Positions 34,922 through 46,582 of a stretch of DNA of 64,000 bases are shown here, one piece after another. The stretch is from Neophaeotheca triangularis. Taxonomy: Eukaryota. The notes under the pieces were generated by a model. It searched no databases. It was not told the DNA's origin and saw only the letters and a list, made by a program, of their open reading frames with translations. Within the stretch, counting starts at the first letter, position 1. Each line of letters begins with the position of its first letter. Made by a program: the position numbers and the translations under genes. Location: assembly GCA_054600435.1 (NCBI GenBank), contig BAAIJX010000019.1, positions 62,001 to 126,000 on the forward strand. Reading direction: 5' to 3'.

Positions 34922-35318
34922 TGTGGGTTTGAGTTGGGTGGGTTGGGGTTCTGGGGGATTGTATCGGGTCGTGTTTGGTTTTGGGAGGTTGTTTGAATAA
35001 GAATAGGAGGTGGGACTTGCACGGTAGTTAGTTAACTATCTATCGCTCTGGGAATTGGAAGTCGCTAACAACGTTGGGTGACGTTGGTCCTCGGCAAAGG
35101 TCCAAATTGGAAGCTTTGGATCGAGCTTGAAACTTTGATTGCCCTCGTTCTTCTCTTCTCTTCTCTTCTCCAATGATAATGGCGAAATCCTGTCAAAATG
35201 AGATAGTCGGAGTCTCTCATCTCTCACCTATCAAGTTTGCTTGGCCCAGCAGGTCTTGTCCAATGATGATCTCCACTCCTTATCCATGAGGTGCAGGTGG
35301 TCAGTCATGTCATGCTGC

Positions 35319-35503
35319 AGCCACAGCCACAGCCACAGCCACAGCCACAGCCGTGCCCCTCCACTCCCTCCACCCCCTCCCCTCATCCCCGCCATTTGCG
35401 AGCTCTACCAAGTCACTACCTCCTACCTACCTCCTACCTACCTACCAAGCCTACCTACCTACCTACCTACCTACCTACTAGTAGGTACGGTACGGTACGG
35501 TAC
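35319..35503. repeat. Microsatellite cluster (CCACAG)n, (ACCT)n, (GGTAC)n in the divergent promoter
   Basis: Direct tandem units at ~35319-35352, ~35423-35480 and ~35484-35503. Confidence 0.85.
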
Positions 35504-35821
35504 TTACTAGCCTTCTATACCGCTTCGAGCAAGGTTACGCCCCCCTCTCTCACCCTACAATAATATTAATATCTGCAGGCCGGCAATCATTAGACGTGCA
35601 GCCAGTACTAATAGCTTACCTTATGTACCTCCCTCACCTAGGCTGCCTCATCAGTCATCATCCCCAAGCTCCCGTAGGTCTTTGCACTTTCTCTTCCTCC
35701 GAGGTCCACGTCTAGCCTTGTCGGAGAGTTCCACTTTGTGCTACCTCGCGGCCTCGTCCTACTTCGAGAGCAACCTCATCACCGGAGCCCGACGACAACC
35801 TTCTCATCCACCTCCGCCAAC

Positions 35822-37714
35822 ATGCTCGCCCTTTTCGTAGCCCTCCTCGCTTCCGTTCTGTTGACCCCCGAGGCTTCTGCGCAAGACGCTGACGAGACCA
35901 TTTGGGCCTCTGTCATCTTTTCACGTACGGGCGAGCGCACGCCATTGACCTTGGGGACCGTCACGACCCAGCTCACATCGCTGGGAGCGCAGCAGCAATA
36001 CCAGACGGGCGATTTCTTTCGCCAACGCTACTTTAGAAGAAGCAGCGACGAGGGTGGTGAAGGCAATGCCTCCGCAGTCGCTCCTTTCTACGGCTTGAAC
36101 GAGGATAAATACGATCCCCTACAATCTTATATCCTGGCGGTCGACAAGACCTATACTGTCAGCAGCGCTCAGGCGTTTATGCAGGCCTTTTATCCACCCC
36201 ATACGCTCGATGAATCACTGGCGGCTGCGCTTGATCCAACAAGTGTGCTGGCTAACGGGACATATATTCCAAATCCTTTGGATGGATACCAATACCCTCA
36301 CATCCAAGCGGTAGATAGTCTGTCTCCAGAATATGTTTACTTGGAGGGCTGGCTTCACTGCACCAATTGGTACTCGGCAGCGTCCCAGTACCTCCGGACC
36401 AATGACTTCTCGCGCATAGAGAATAGCAGCAAATACCTATACGACGCCGTCGGTCCCCCACTCCTCGAACATGTTCTCTCCGAAAACAGCACCTGGAGCT
36501 ACGGCAACGCGTACCAAATCTACGACTACCTCAACTACCAAAACATGCACAACGACACAGTCGAATCCATGTTCGAGTCCAACGACTTCGACACCGACGA
36601 CGAACCAGGCGTCCTGTCCCAACTCCGCTGGCTCGCAGACCTGCACCAAGACAACCTGTTTGCCAAAAACAACGACTCCCTGGTCAACGCCAACGCCGCC
36701 GTCCGCTCCATGTCCACAATAGCAGGAAACACTCTCGCGGCCAAAATGCTCAACCAACTCCAACTCTCCATCAGCTCGCGCGGAACCCAATACAAACTCT
36801 CCCTCCTAACCGGCGAGCACGAACCCCTAATCTCCCTCTTCGCGCTCCTCGACCTCCCCCGCTTAAACTCCGACTTCCGCGGCCTGCCCTCCTTCGCCTC
36901 CGCCGCCGTCTTTGAACTCTACTCCCCAGGCGCTCCCCCCAACAACGCCTCCTCTTCCCCCGCCGACCTCTTCCCAGAGCAAGACGACTTGTGGGTCCGT
37001 TTCCTTTTCCGCAACGGCTCGCAAGGCTCTTTACAAGCTTTCCCCATTTTCGGGCGGGGGCCGAGCCAGACGGAAATGCGATGGTCGGATTTCGAAAAAG
37101 AAATGGCGGCCATTATGCTCGATGAGGTGGGCGAGTGGTGCAGGCTTTGCGGCGGGAGCGAGAGGCAGGTTTTCTGCCCCGGGCTCGATTCCAGCGGGGG
37201 GAGTAGTCGGTTTGGCGGCGGGAGCGGGCGGTTCGGCAGTGGGGATGGGGATGGGAATGGTAGTGGCGGTGGAGGAGGTCTGAGCCCGGCTGTCGGAGGT
37301 GTCGTGGGCGCGATTGTGGCTTTGCTCATTGCCGGCTTGGTCTTCGCGGGCTTGTGGCTGATTGGCGGCTTTAGATTTCGGAGGACGGAGGAGGCACGGG
37401 GGAGACGGGAGCCTGGTGGCGGCGGGTCTACTATCGCTGGTGGTGGTTTCAAAGGCAGTGCCAAGTTGGCTTCGGACCCGGATTTGGTGCGTGCGGGCAA
37501 GGGCGGCGCGGGCGCCAGTGTCGTCCGCGGTGCCGCCAATGGAGAGGTTTCGGAGCACGAGAGGATTAATAGCTGGGAGTTGAAGAAGGATGTTGCTGGT
37601 GTGGAGAGGCCTGGGCAGGCTGCGGCGCGCAGGCCGAGCTGGGACGAGGAGGATGATGGTGATGATCGCATTGATCCTTTTAGGGATCCGACTAGGCCTG
37701 ATGAGAGGGTTTGA
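35822..37714 (+). CDS. Histidine-phosphatase (clade 2, acid-phosphatase-like) type I membrane protein, probably lacking the catalytic His
   Basis: Signal peptide; RTGERTP where RHGxRxP is expected; LTSLGAQQ; Cys pair near the domain end; TM helix VGGVVGAIVALLIAGLVFAGLWLIG; cytoplasmic tail with GGFKGSAKLASDPD. Confidence 0.8.
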   Translation: MLALFVALLASVLLTPEASAQDADETIWASVIFSRTGERTPLTLGTVTTQLTSLGAQQQYQTGDFFRQRYFRRSSDEGGEGNASAVAPFYGLNEDKYDPLQSYILAVDKTYTVSSAQAFMQAFYPPHTLDESLAAALDPTSVLANGTYIPNPLDGYQYPHIQAVDSLSPEYVYLEGWLHCTNWYSAASQYLRTNDFSRIENSSKYLYDAVGPPLLEHVLSENSTWSYGNAYQIYDYLNYQNMHNDTVESMFESNDFDTDDEPGVLSQLRWLADLHQDNLFAKNNDSLVNANAAVRSMSTIAGNTLAAKMLNQLQLSISSRGTQYKLSLLTGEHEPLISLFALLDLPRLNSDFRGLPSFASAAVFELYSPGAPPNNASSSPADLFPEQDDLWVRFLFRNGSQGSLQAFPIFGRGPSQTEMRWSDFEKEMAAIMLDEVGEWCRLCGGSERQVFCPGLDSSGGSSRFGGGSGRFGSGDGDGNGSGGGGGLSPAVGGVVGAIVALLIAGLVFAGLWLIGGFRFRRTEEARGRREPGGGGSTIAGGGFKGSAKLASDPDLVRAGKGGAGASVVRGAANGEVSEHERINSWELKKDVAGVERPGQAAARRPSWDEEDDGDDRIDPFRDPTRPDERV

Positions 37715-38755
37715 GTGGGCATGACGCTATGCTAAAGGGGACTCGGGCGTTTTGGGTCGGTGTAAGAGGCTTCCTTGGGCATCGCCCTGCAATGTGCTGT
37801 ATGTATACGAGATTATGAACGATACCCCGATCCCCGTGGAACCGCTCTAGCTAGCAAAACCCGGGGAACCAGGTGTCCACGAAATCCCAAGCTCACAAAG
37901 ACCACCAGTCCCGTCACCGCTTCTAGGTAGTACCTAGCAACCCGGTGATAGCGATTAGCCCTTACCCTGATAAATCCCCCATGGGGCCCCTACCTAACAA
38001 ACCCCAGTCACCAATCCCCAAGAAACCAGCACGACACCCCGGCAACGCCTAGCGGACAGCTCCCACCACCCCGCGGCAAGCTCTCTCTCCTCCCTCCAAC
38101 CCCGACCGCAACAAAGCGAGCAAGAACACGCGCGTGCTCCTCGGACAAACCACGCTTGGAAATTGAGGAACGCGGTGCATCGAAAAAAAAAAAAAAAAAA
38201 AAAGGAGCCGACGCACTTCCACGCTTCCACCTCATCTCGAAGCCGCCGGCCGACGGGGGGTTGAAAACGAGCCGACACGAGAGCCGTCTGACGACAGAGC
38301 TGTGGAGACCGCGGCGTCTTTGGCTCCTCGGGGCTGCTCTGCTCTTGGAGAGTGGGGGCTACGGTATGGGGTTGGGGGGTTTGCTCGTCTTAGCGCCCCG
38401 GGGGGTTCTTGATGTTGTTGGCGTTCGTCGTCGAGCTTTTTCTTCTCTCTCTTGACGGGGGAGGTAGTGCTGAATGGGGAGCGGTTTTGCTGGAGTACAG
38501 CCCGTCGGACGAGGGGATGCTGGTGTTGCTGCTGCTAGAGCAGGTGGGAGTCGCGTGGGGAAGCGTTGTTGCGGCAGTAAGGTGTGGTTGCGAGATGGAG
38601 AGGCGGGACGAGGAGGTGCTAGGATAAGAACGAGCGGATGATTTTCCTTTGGAAGACTTTCGCGCACGTCCGAGAACTGTTCAGAGGGGGGTGTTTTTGT
38701 TGTTGATAGTGCATTGGTTGGAAGCTCAGCTCTGCGACTACTTATGATTGAAACG

Positions 38756-41227
38756 TCAACCCAACAACCTCGCAGCCTCGGCCTCCAAATCCCCAAACGT
38801 CTCCAACTCCCTGCCACCTTCCTCGGGCTCCTTCGAAGGGATATCGCGCTGAAACCACTTCTTCTGCTTCTTGGCCGGCCTCTCCTCGCGGCCCTCACTA
38901 TCCCCATCCTCACCCTCATCCTCACTAGCACTCCCAGCATCCCTGATAAAATCCGCCAACGCATCGCCTCCCACCCCTTCAACCCCACCCTCACCCCCAT
39001 CCTCGCTCTCAACCTCCTCCTCCTCCTCCTCCCGCTCCCTCTGCTTCCGCTTCTCCCTCTTCTCCCTCTTCTTCCCCTTAGCAACCTCCTTATCCTTAAC
39101 ATCCTGCTCCCGGACCCTCTCCTGCTCTTCCGCCAAAAACTTCCGTCTCTGCTCCTCCGCCGCGCCGCGAGCTTTGAAATCGTCTTCGTCTTCCAATTCG
39201 TAGAGTTGATGGGGCAGACCTTCGTCGTCGAAGACGAGTTTTTGCCCGGGGTTTTTGAGCGAGAGGAGTTTCTTTTTCGATTTGAGTAACTTTTCGCGCC
39301 GCTTGGAGTCGAGAACGAGGGGCTCTTTTGCGCCGGGGAGGTTGACGGTGCGGGCGGTGTTGGTTGGGGCGGAGGTGTTTGTTTCGGCAGGTAATGGTTC
39401 CGGGGAGGAGGAGGCGGGGATGCGGCGTTTGATGTCGAAGAGATCGTCGTTATCCGCTGCGGCTGCGCGGTCGGCTTGGTCGCCGGTGAAAGCGTTGGCA
39501 TCGGCGGGTGGGTTGTCTTTGTCGTCGTTGAAGTCGTCGCCGCGGATCATCTTCGCGTAGTGGTCGGCGAGGACGTCTTGGTTCTGACGCTCGAACATAC
39601 GGTCGTACTTTGTGCGGACACCATCCTTTTTCGGCTTGGACTTTGCATCTTCACCCTCGTCAGAACCGCCGGACTCTTCTTCTGAATCGGAGACGGCTTG
39701 TCTGGGCGCGTTCTTCCGTCGCTTGGCTTCTTCGGCGTCTGCTTTGAGGAATTTGATGCGTGGTGCGCCGGGGAGACCGAGCGCGGCCGCAAAGCCTTCG
39801 AGGTCGTACTTGTCGAGTTGGAAGATTTCCTTGTCCTTCTGAACATGCAAGCTTCGCACGTAACTTGCAAATGCTTTTTGACCGAGATACTTTAATTGTG
39901 GGTCTTGAAAGCACATGCTTTGGAGTTGGTTCTTGATGGATGTTTGCTTCTTTTGTCTCACATTGATGCGTTCGATTGGTACCTTTTTCTGTTCCAGCCG
40001 CTTGAGCATGCCTTCTTCTTCGGTAGGATCGAGGAAGAGCACGGCTTTGCCATCTCGTTCGTAGCGCGCTGTTCGACCGACCCGGTGGATGTAAGTGTCT
40101 GCATCTTCCGGGCAGTCAACCTGCACCACCCAGTCTACGGCTGGGAAGTCGAGACCTCGCGCTACCACGTCAGTAGCAAAGAGACAGGAATGCTTTGCTG
40201 AAGCGAAGCGAGTCGTAATGTCCAGACGCGCGGTTTGCTTCTGTCGGCCGTGAAGATGAAGCAATGGGATACCCGGCTGCATGTGTCGGAAAGCTTCATA
40301 AACGAAGCGTACCTGTTTGCCGGAGGAGAGAAAGACGAGTATCTTGGACTTTTTGGTAGATTGCAGAAAAGACCAGAGCGTGTCTAACTTTTCAGGTAGC
40401 GGAGAGACGACATAGTTTTGTTGAAGGGACTTGGGCGTTGCAGAGGTAGCAGTTTCATGTACCGCTATGTACTCTGGATTGCGTAGAGAGAGGCGTGCTA
40501 GATCCGAGACCTTTTTCGTTTGCGTCGCGCTGAAGAGAAGAGTCTGCCTGTCTGGGGGAAGGTACTCGATGATAGCATCGACGTCCTTTTTAAACCCCAT
40601 GTCCAAGATTCGGTCCGCCTCGTCCAGCACCAGCATACTGAGGGTGTCCACGTTGAATGCAGAGGTCTGAGACAGATGCTGTAGAATTCGCCCCGGTGTG
40701 CATACCACAATGTTCATCCTAGCCAGAGCACCCTGCTCCTCTTTCAAACTCTTACCTCCGATGATCAAGCCGGCGGCGAAGAGATGTCCCTTTCGTCCAA
40801 CGTTGCGCAAAACCTCGAAGATCTGGATTGCGAGTTCTCTCGTCGGGGAGATGATCATGGCACCCAGTCCTGCGTCGCCACCTATACATTGTGCCCTGTA
40901 GAGATTCTCCAGCACGGGGATCAAGAAAGCCAACGTCTTGCCGCTGCCAGTCCTCGCAGCGCCCAAGATATCCGATCCTTTCAGTGCGAGCGGCAAGGCT
41001 TTGGCTTGAATGTCGGTAAGGCTACTGAAATGCGATGCTTTGAGACCGGCTTTGGTGGCTTCCGACAGAGGCAAATCGGCAAAGTCCTTGTACGTCGCTT
41101 TGGGGTCGAGTTGTGAAACGGCTTCCTCAAGCTCACCGGCGTCGACATCGTTGCGCTTTCTCTTTTGGATGCCTGCGTTCTTCTTGGGTTTGGTCGGCTT
41201 CGTTCGACCCGAGATCCCAGGCGCCAT
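38756..41227 (-). CDS. DBP4: ATP-dependent DEAD-box RNA helicase Dbp4 (DDX10)
   Basis: [62 protein letters not shown]. Confidence 0.96.
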   Translation of the reverse strand: MAPGISGRTKPTKPKKNAGIQKRKRNDVDAGELEEAVSQLDPKATYKDFADLPLSEATKAGLKASHFSSLTDIQAKALPLALKGSDILGAARTGSGKTLAFLIPVLENLYRAQCIGGDAGLGAMIISPTRELAIQIFEVLRNVGRKGHLFAAGLIIGGKSLKEEQGALARMNIVVCTPGRILQHLSQTSAFNVDTLSMLVLDEADRILDMGFKKDVDAIIEYLPPDRQTLLFSATQTKKVSDLARLSLRNPEYIAVHETATSATPKSLQQNYVVSPLPEKLDTLWSFLQSTKKSKILVFLSSGKQVRFVYEAFRHMQPGIPLLHLHGRQKQTARLDITTRFASAKHSCLFATDVVARGLDFPAVDWVVQVDCPEDADTYIHRVGRTARYERDGKAVLFLDPTEEEGMLKRLEQKKVPIERINVRQKKQTSIKNQLQSMCFQDPQLKYLGQKAFASYVRSLHVQKDKEIFQLDKYDLEGFAAALGLPGAPRIKFLKADAEEAKRRKNAPRQAVSDSEEESGGSDEGEDAKSKPKKDGVRTKYDRMFERQNQDVLADHYAKMIRGDDFNDDKDNPPADANAFTGDQADRAAAADNDDLFDIKRRIPASSSPEPLPAETNTSAPTNTARTVNLPGAKEPLVLDSKRREKLLKSKKKLLSLKNPGQKLVFDDEGLPHQLYELEDEDDFKARGAAEEQRRKFLAEEQERVREQDVKDKEVAKGKKREKREKRKQREREEEEEEVESEDGGEGGVEGVGGDALADFIRDAGSASEDEGEDGDSEGREERPAKKQKKWFQRDIPSKEPEEGGRELETFGDLEAEAARLLG

Positions 41228-41469
41228 GTCGATTCGATTCTGTCCTTTTCACAACAAACCTCGTGACAAAGTATCGAATGCGACCATCCTGGGGTCTTCT
41301 CTCGAATAGCAACTTCTACAAAAGTTCCTTAGCTCAATACTAGTGCGCTAGGATTTCGGCTTAGTCAGCGTTTGAGAAGATTCACATGCATCTCCAACCT
41401 CGTGCCTCCCACACTTCACTACCCTACCTCTTCACACAACCACTGGCTGCATACTGTCAAGCCGACACA

Positions 41470-42449
41470 ATGGCAGACAACTCCGCTGAAAAGGTGACAA
41501 CCGCCACCACAAAGCCTGAGCAAAGCGCTCAGCCGGCTCAGGCTGACATATCCTCAGAAGAAGCGACTGCAAACGCAGCCGCGTCAGCCATGGCCAACGA
41601 GCCCGAGATGACCCCCGAGCTCGCGGCCAAATACGCCAAAGATGCAAAAGAAATCGACGAGTTCTTCGCGGCCGAAAGCAAAACCGCCAGTCAGGTAAGC
41701 ATCCAAATAAACCCCTCTCTTCCATGCCCCCGACAACAATAGTACAAGCCCACTAATGCCCCCCCTCTCTCCTCCAGGACGAAGAGATCGCGCGCATCAA
41801 AGCCGCCTTTAAAGCCAACGCCTACGACATACTCGACCTCCAACCTGGCGCGCCCGAATCCGACATCAAAAAGCAATACCGCAAAAAATCACTGCTAATT
41901 CATCCGGACAAGAACGCGCACAACCCCAACGCGGCCGACGCCTTTGACCGGCTAGCATACGGTTATAAAATTCTACTCGATGAGAAGGAACGCCAAAAGC
42001 TCGACGAAGCGTACGACGACGGCCGGTACATTCTCATGAAAGAGCGGAAATTGACGGCCGATAGCGAGGAGGTCAAAGATCCGGATACCGAGTTTATGAA
42101 GGCGTGGAAGGAGAAGGTGATTTTTGTGCTGCTGGATAATGAGACTACGAAGCAGAGGAGACTGCAGGCGCAGATGCGGGAGGAGGGGAGGGAGCAGAGG
42201 AAGATGGAGGCTGAGGCGGAGGAGCGCAAGAGGAAGCGTGAGGCGCAGAGTGAGTGGGATGCTGGGCAGGAAGATCGGGTTAGTGATTGGAGGGCTTTTC
42301 AAGCTAAAGGGGGTGGCAGGTCGGGTGTCAAGAAGGTTAAGAAGGCGGATAAGGGGGATGGCGCCGTGGGAGTTGGGGAGGATGGGGTTGATGGGGAGAA
42401 GAAGCCGAAGAAGGAAAAGAAGCCGAAGAAATTGAAGGTTTTGGGTTGA
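41470..42449 (+). CDS. J-domain protein, Spf31/DNAJC8-like; exons 41470-41694, 41778-42449
   Basis: NAYDILDL...YRKKSLLIHPDK J-domain; QEDRVSDWR; C-terminus KKLKVLG*. Confidence 0.88.
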
Positions 42450-43179
42450 GACGCGGGCTTTAAGCTGAGCAAGAGGAATTTGAGCGTGAGAATGGGCAGG
42501 GTTCGAGCATGCTACCCGCCGCGACGCGATTACGAAAGAGAAAAACGACTGCAAGGCGTCCACGGCGTATTCCTTCTATACAGCGACATTCAGTCAGCGA
42601 GTGCCAGCTCTTTCTGCAAAAGGGGCGATGGGCGATACCCACAAGGGCGTTTCGTGTTTTACAATAGTTGCAATAGGCCAAAATCACATCCAACTCACAT
42701 CCACATCCATGACCGTATCCATAAGCACATCTCAACAACTAACACCCAACCAACCCAAACCTAAGCCCAAGACAAGAACTAACCAAACCCAACCAAACCC
42801 ACAACCACTAGCCCCTACTAACCGACCTCCACGCAACCTCATAACCCTAAGAAAACAGCAGACAACCTACCCCCTAAGCCCGGAAAAAAACTACTTTACA
42901 TACATACAGGAATACAAAAATATATAAAAACACACACTAAAATCACATATACACGTCCCATCACATCACGCTACGCCAACTCCACGGCCCGAGCGACTCT
43001 GTCTAAACAAGCTAAGCCAAGGTAGCTACTAAACACCCACCGCCACCATGACTCCTAGGGGCGAGCTGCGTCGAGGCCAGCAGCGCCCGGGATGGGGAGA
43101 AGCGGTGTTGTATATAGTGGGCAAGGAAGCCTGCGATGCGAGCGCCGGGAGAGAGCGGTGATGGCGGGGAGGTTTTTGG

Positions 43180-43515
43180 AAGGGGGGAGGGAGGGGGAGA
43201 AGGGGGAGGAGGAGAAGGGGAAGGAGGGGGAGGAGAAGGGGAAGGAGACGGAGGAGGAGAAGGAGGAGGAGAAGGAGGAGAAGGAGGAGGAGAAGGAGGA
43301 GGAGGAAAAGGAGAAGAAGGAGACGGAGACGGAGAAGGAGGAGGAGGAGGAGGAGGAGAAGGAGAAGGAGGAGGAGGAGAAGGAGGAGGGGAAGGAGAAG
43401 GAGGAGGAGAAGGAGGAGGAGGAAAAGGAGAAGGAGGAAAAGGAGAAGAAGGAGACGGAGACGGAGGAGGAGGAGAAGAAGGAGGAGGAAAAGGAGAAGG
43501 AGAAGGAGAAGGAGT
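43180..43515. repeat. Polypurine (GGA/GAA)n low-complexity tract
   Basis: About 335 bp of almost pure G/A on the + strand. Confidence 0.95.
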
Positions 43516-43569
43516 GAGTTGACTGGGGTAGGGAGTTGACTGAGTACGGCGTTGATTGGCTTACCTGCC

Positions 43570-43644
43570 ATTACTACTACTCACTACTATTACTACTGCT
43601 GCTATTACTACTACTCACTTTTATTACCACTACTACTGCTACTA

Positions 43645-43687
<43 letters not shown>

Positions 43688-43780
43688 CACTACTACCACT
43701 ACTACCACTACTACCGCTATTACCACTACCACTATTACCACTACTACCACTACCACCACTACTACTACTCAACACTACTA
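43570..43780. repeat. (CTA/CCA/TTA)n trinucleotide tract
   Basis: About 210 bp of imperfect ACT/ACC repeats. Confidence 0.95.
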
Positions 43781-43800
43781 AGCCCCCCTTACCCCCTCCT

Positions 43801-43985
43801 GAAGAAAAAAAAAAAAAGAAAAAAAAATTATAAAACCCCTAACAGCCCTAAACAAACCCCATCCACTTCCGCTAGCTCAAGACAACTAGCACGCCAAATA
43901 AAAAAAAAAGAAAAAGAAAAAAGAAGGAGCAAAAAAGAAAAGAAAAAAGAAGGGGAAAGAAAAAAAAAAGGAGAAAAGAAAGAAA
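43801..43985. repeat. Poly(A) and A-rich purine tracts
   Basis: Long A runs at ~43803-43827 and ~43896-43985. Confidence 0.9.
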
Positions 43986-44403
43986 GCAGTCCATCAACAA
44001 AGGACAGCGAGCTCGACCCCTCCCATCCACTCCTTCCCTCCCATTCATTCCCTCCCGGGCTCTTCTAATTCAGCCTCAAGAACGCAGCGCCCGGCGGCAT
44101 AGGAACGGGCAGACGGCCAGAGACAGCGGCGACGGCGGTAGCGGAGGAATAGTCGCAACGGTTGGAAAGCCACTTGGAGCCGCCGGGGGCGAAAGCTCGA
44201 GGGGCAAGAGGGGGAGCAAGGTGGTGGTGGGGGGGAACATGGTCATCACCAGCAGTTTTGTGAGAAGATCTATCGAGAAACCAAAGGAAGTCATTATTAG
44301 CAAAATTTGAAAAGAGAAATCATCATACACGACCATTCGCCTCTCCCCCGCCTCCTACAAGCCCCAGGTACTGGCGCCATCGCACATTCGCAATTGTGAT
44401 ATC

Positions 44404-46582
44404 TTACTTCCCGCCAGCTTGCTTGGCATCGACCTCGACTCTACCCTCATGACCAGGCGCGCCCTTACCCATCTCAGGAAGGAGGTAGGTGATATCATCC
44501 CACGGATGCCTGTACAGCCCAGTCCTGAGACGCTTCTGATCCAGGAAATGCGCAATCAGACCAATACTCCTACCGAGTACGAACAGTCCGTTGAGGACGC
44601 CCATTTTGAGGTAGTCTTCGGCTTCCTCGGCGGAGAAGGCGCCGCAGTTGCGGAGCAGGTCGACGAAACAGACGGCGACGCAACCGTCGACGTTGAGGAT
44701 GAGGTTGTCCTTTTTGGACGTTGTGACGGATTCAACGGCGATGGCGTAGTCGAGGAGGGTGGTGGAGGGGAAGTTGGCTTGGCAGAATTCTTTGACGAGA
44801 GAGACGCGGAGGTCGGGGTTGTTGCGGGATTTGACGCGGTGGCCGATACCGGGAACTGGAAGGTGTTAGTCGGGGAGATTTTTTGGGTGTGGGAGGGAAT
44901 GGTACGTACTCAGCTTGTTCTCCTTGCGCATGGTGTCGACAAAGTCACGGGGTGAGAGGCCCTTGTCGTGGGCACGGGTGAATTCCTCGGCCGCACCGTC
45001 GAGGGCACCACCGAAGCGGGAACCGATGGTGAGAAGACCGGAGACGAGAGCGGAGATCAAGTCCTTGCCGGCACGCGTGGTGATGATGGTGTTCATGGCA
45101 CCAGACACGGCGGGACCGTGGTCGGCTGTAAGCATGAGGACCATTTCCAAAAACTTGCTGGCGTAGGTTGGGAGACGGCGACGGAACCAGAGCAGAGACA
45201 TGACACCACCGATGCCAATGTCCTCTCTGAAGACGTCCGAGATGGGGAGACCGGCGTAAAGGAGTTCTTGACCACGGTCGTCGGAGATTGTGGAGATGAA
45301 GGCAGCGGGCTTACGGATGAGACCAAGTTCTTGGGCCCAGGAGTAGTCGATTGGGATCTTGGGAACGGCGGGCTCACCGGCGGGCTTGATGGTGCCCTTG
45401 CTGGTGAGGTCCTTGTAGACTTCGGCGAGCACGGCTGGGAGGTCCTCGAAGGTGTCGGGAACGTGGATGCCGGCCTGCTTCATGCTGGAGTTCTTCATGT
45501 TGGCGGTTTCGAGTTGAGAGTTGGCGAAAGAGCCTGCGTGACCGAATTGGACTTCAGTCTTGAGCATGCCCGCGACTGTGCCGATGGCCCAAGCAACGAC
45601 TGGCTTGGTGATTGTTCCGTTCTTGACAGCCTCGATAACGCGGTACTCTTCAACACCACCAACCTCACCGAGAAGCACAAGGATCTTGCACTCTGGGTCG
45701 GCTTGGTAGCGGAGCATGTGGTCGATAAAGGTGGTTCCGGGGTATCTGTCACCACCGATAGCAACACCCTCGTAGACACCGTCGGTCGTGTTGGCGATGA
45801 TGTTGTTGAGCTCGTTGGACATACCTCCAGACTTGGAGACGTAGCCGACAGAACCCTTGCGGTAGAGCTTGGAAGCGACAATGTTGTCCATCATACCACC
45901 AGTGTTACCAATCTTGTACGCGCCAGGCTTGATACCTCCGACAGTCGCCGGACCGATGATTGTGATGCCCTTCTTCTTAGCGACGTGGAGAATCTCACGC
46001 GCGCGCCTTTCCGGTACACCCTCTGCAATGATAGCAATCGACTTGATTTGCGGGTATTCCATGAGCTCCATGGTGGATTGGTAGACGGATCGGGAAGAGG
46101 CGAAGTTGACGACGGTGTCGACATCGCTGTGCTTGGAGATGGCCTTGTCGGTGGATTGGTAGACGGGAAGGAGAGTCTCAGAGGTACCCCAGTACCTTAG
46201 GGAGGAGTTAGTGTTTGTTTTGCAAATTGTAGGTCGATTGATCAACTTACATCTTGCTGACGAACTGGCCGCCGAAGGTGTAGATGATACCGGCGACGGA
46301 AGGAGTCTTGCGCTTGCAGATGAAGTCAAAGTCAAGCATGCCTTGCACAGCTCTGGGTTGGAGGCCGCTGGGAGGAATTGTTAGCTGGATTGTTCTGGAT
46401 TTGGAGGGATTCAAGGCTAGGACTTACTAGACGAAACATCTTGTCTTTGGGTGATAGAGAGTGTGTGCGGGAGTAGGGCTCATGGACCTGCTGGGAGCGA
46501 CAAAACGCTTGATGTTGTCGTTTGCAGAGCCGCTGTCGGTGGAGGGACCAACCCCAGGGGTTGAGCCATTGGGCATAGCCAT
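44404..46582 (-). CDS. ACL1: ATP-citrate lyase subunit 1 (CoA-binding plus citrate-synthase-like part); exons 46582-46428, 46367-46251, 46195-44910, 44855-44404
   Basis: [29 protein letters not shown], phospho-His motif [30 protein letters not shown]; all three introns are frame-consistent. Confidence 0.97.

Noticed and set aside
38359..39501. 380-aa alternative-frame ORF overlapping the DBP4 3' end
   Set aside because: A by-product of skewed low-complexity codon usage in DBP4; no independent start context or motifs.
42842..42850. Second TAACCCTAA, a possible telomerase template
   Set aside because: It lies in a C/A-rich low-complexity tract with no flanking structure or 3'-processing cassette that I could find.
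43029..44068. Poly-Leu, Glu/Lys, Gly/Glu, poly-Thr and poly-Tyr ORFs
   Set aside because: Translations of microsatellites rather than credible genes.
44968..46200. 410-aa + strand ORF, and similar antisense ORFs at 48511-49875
   Set aside because: Antisense shadows of the strongly codon-biased ACL1/ACL2 genes.
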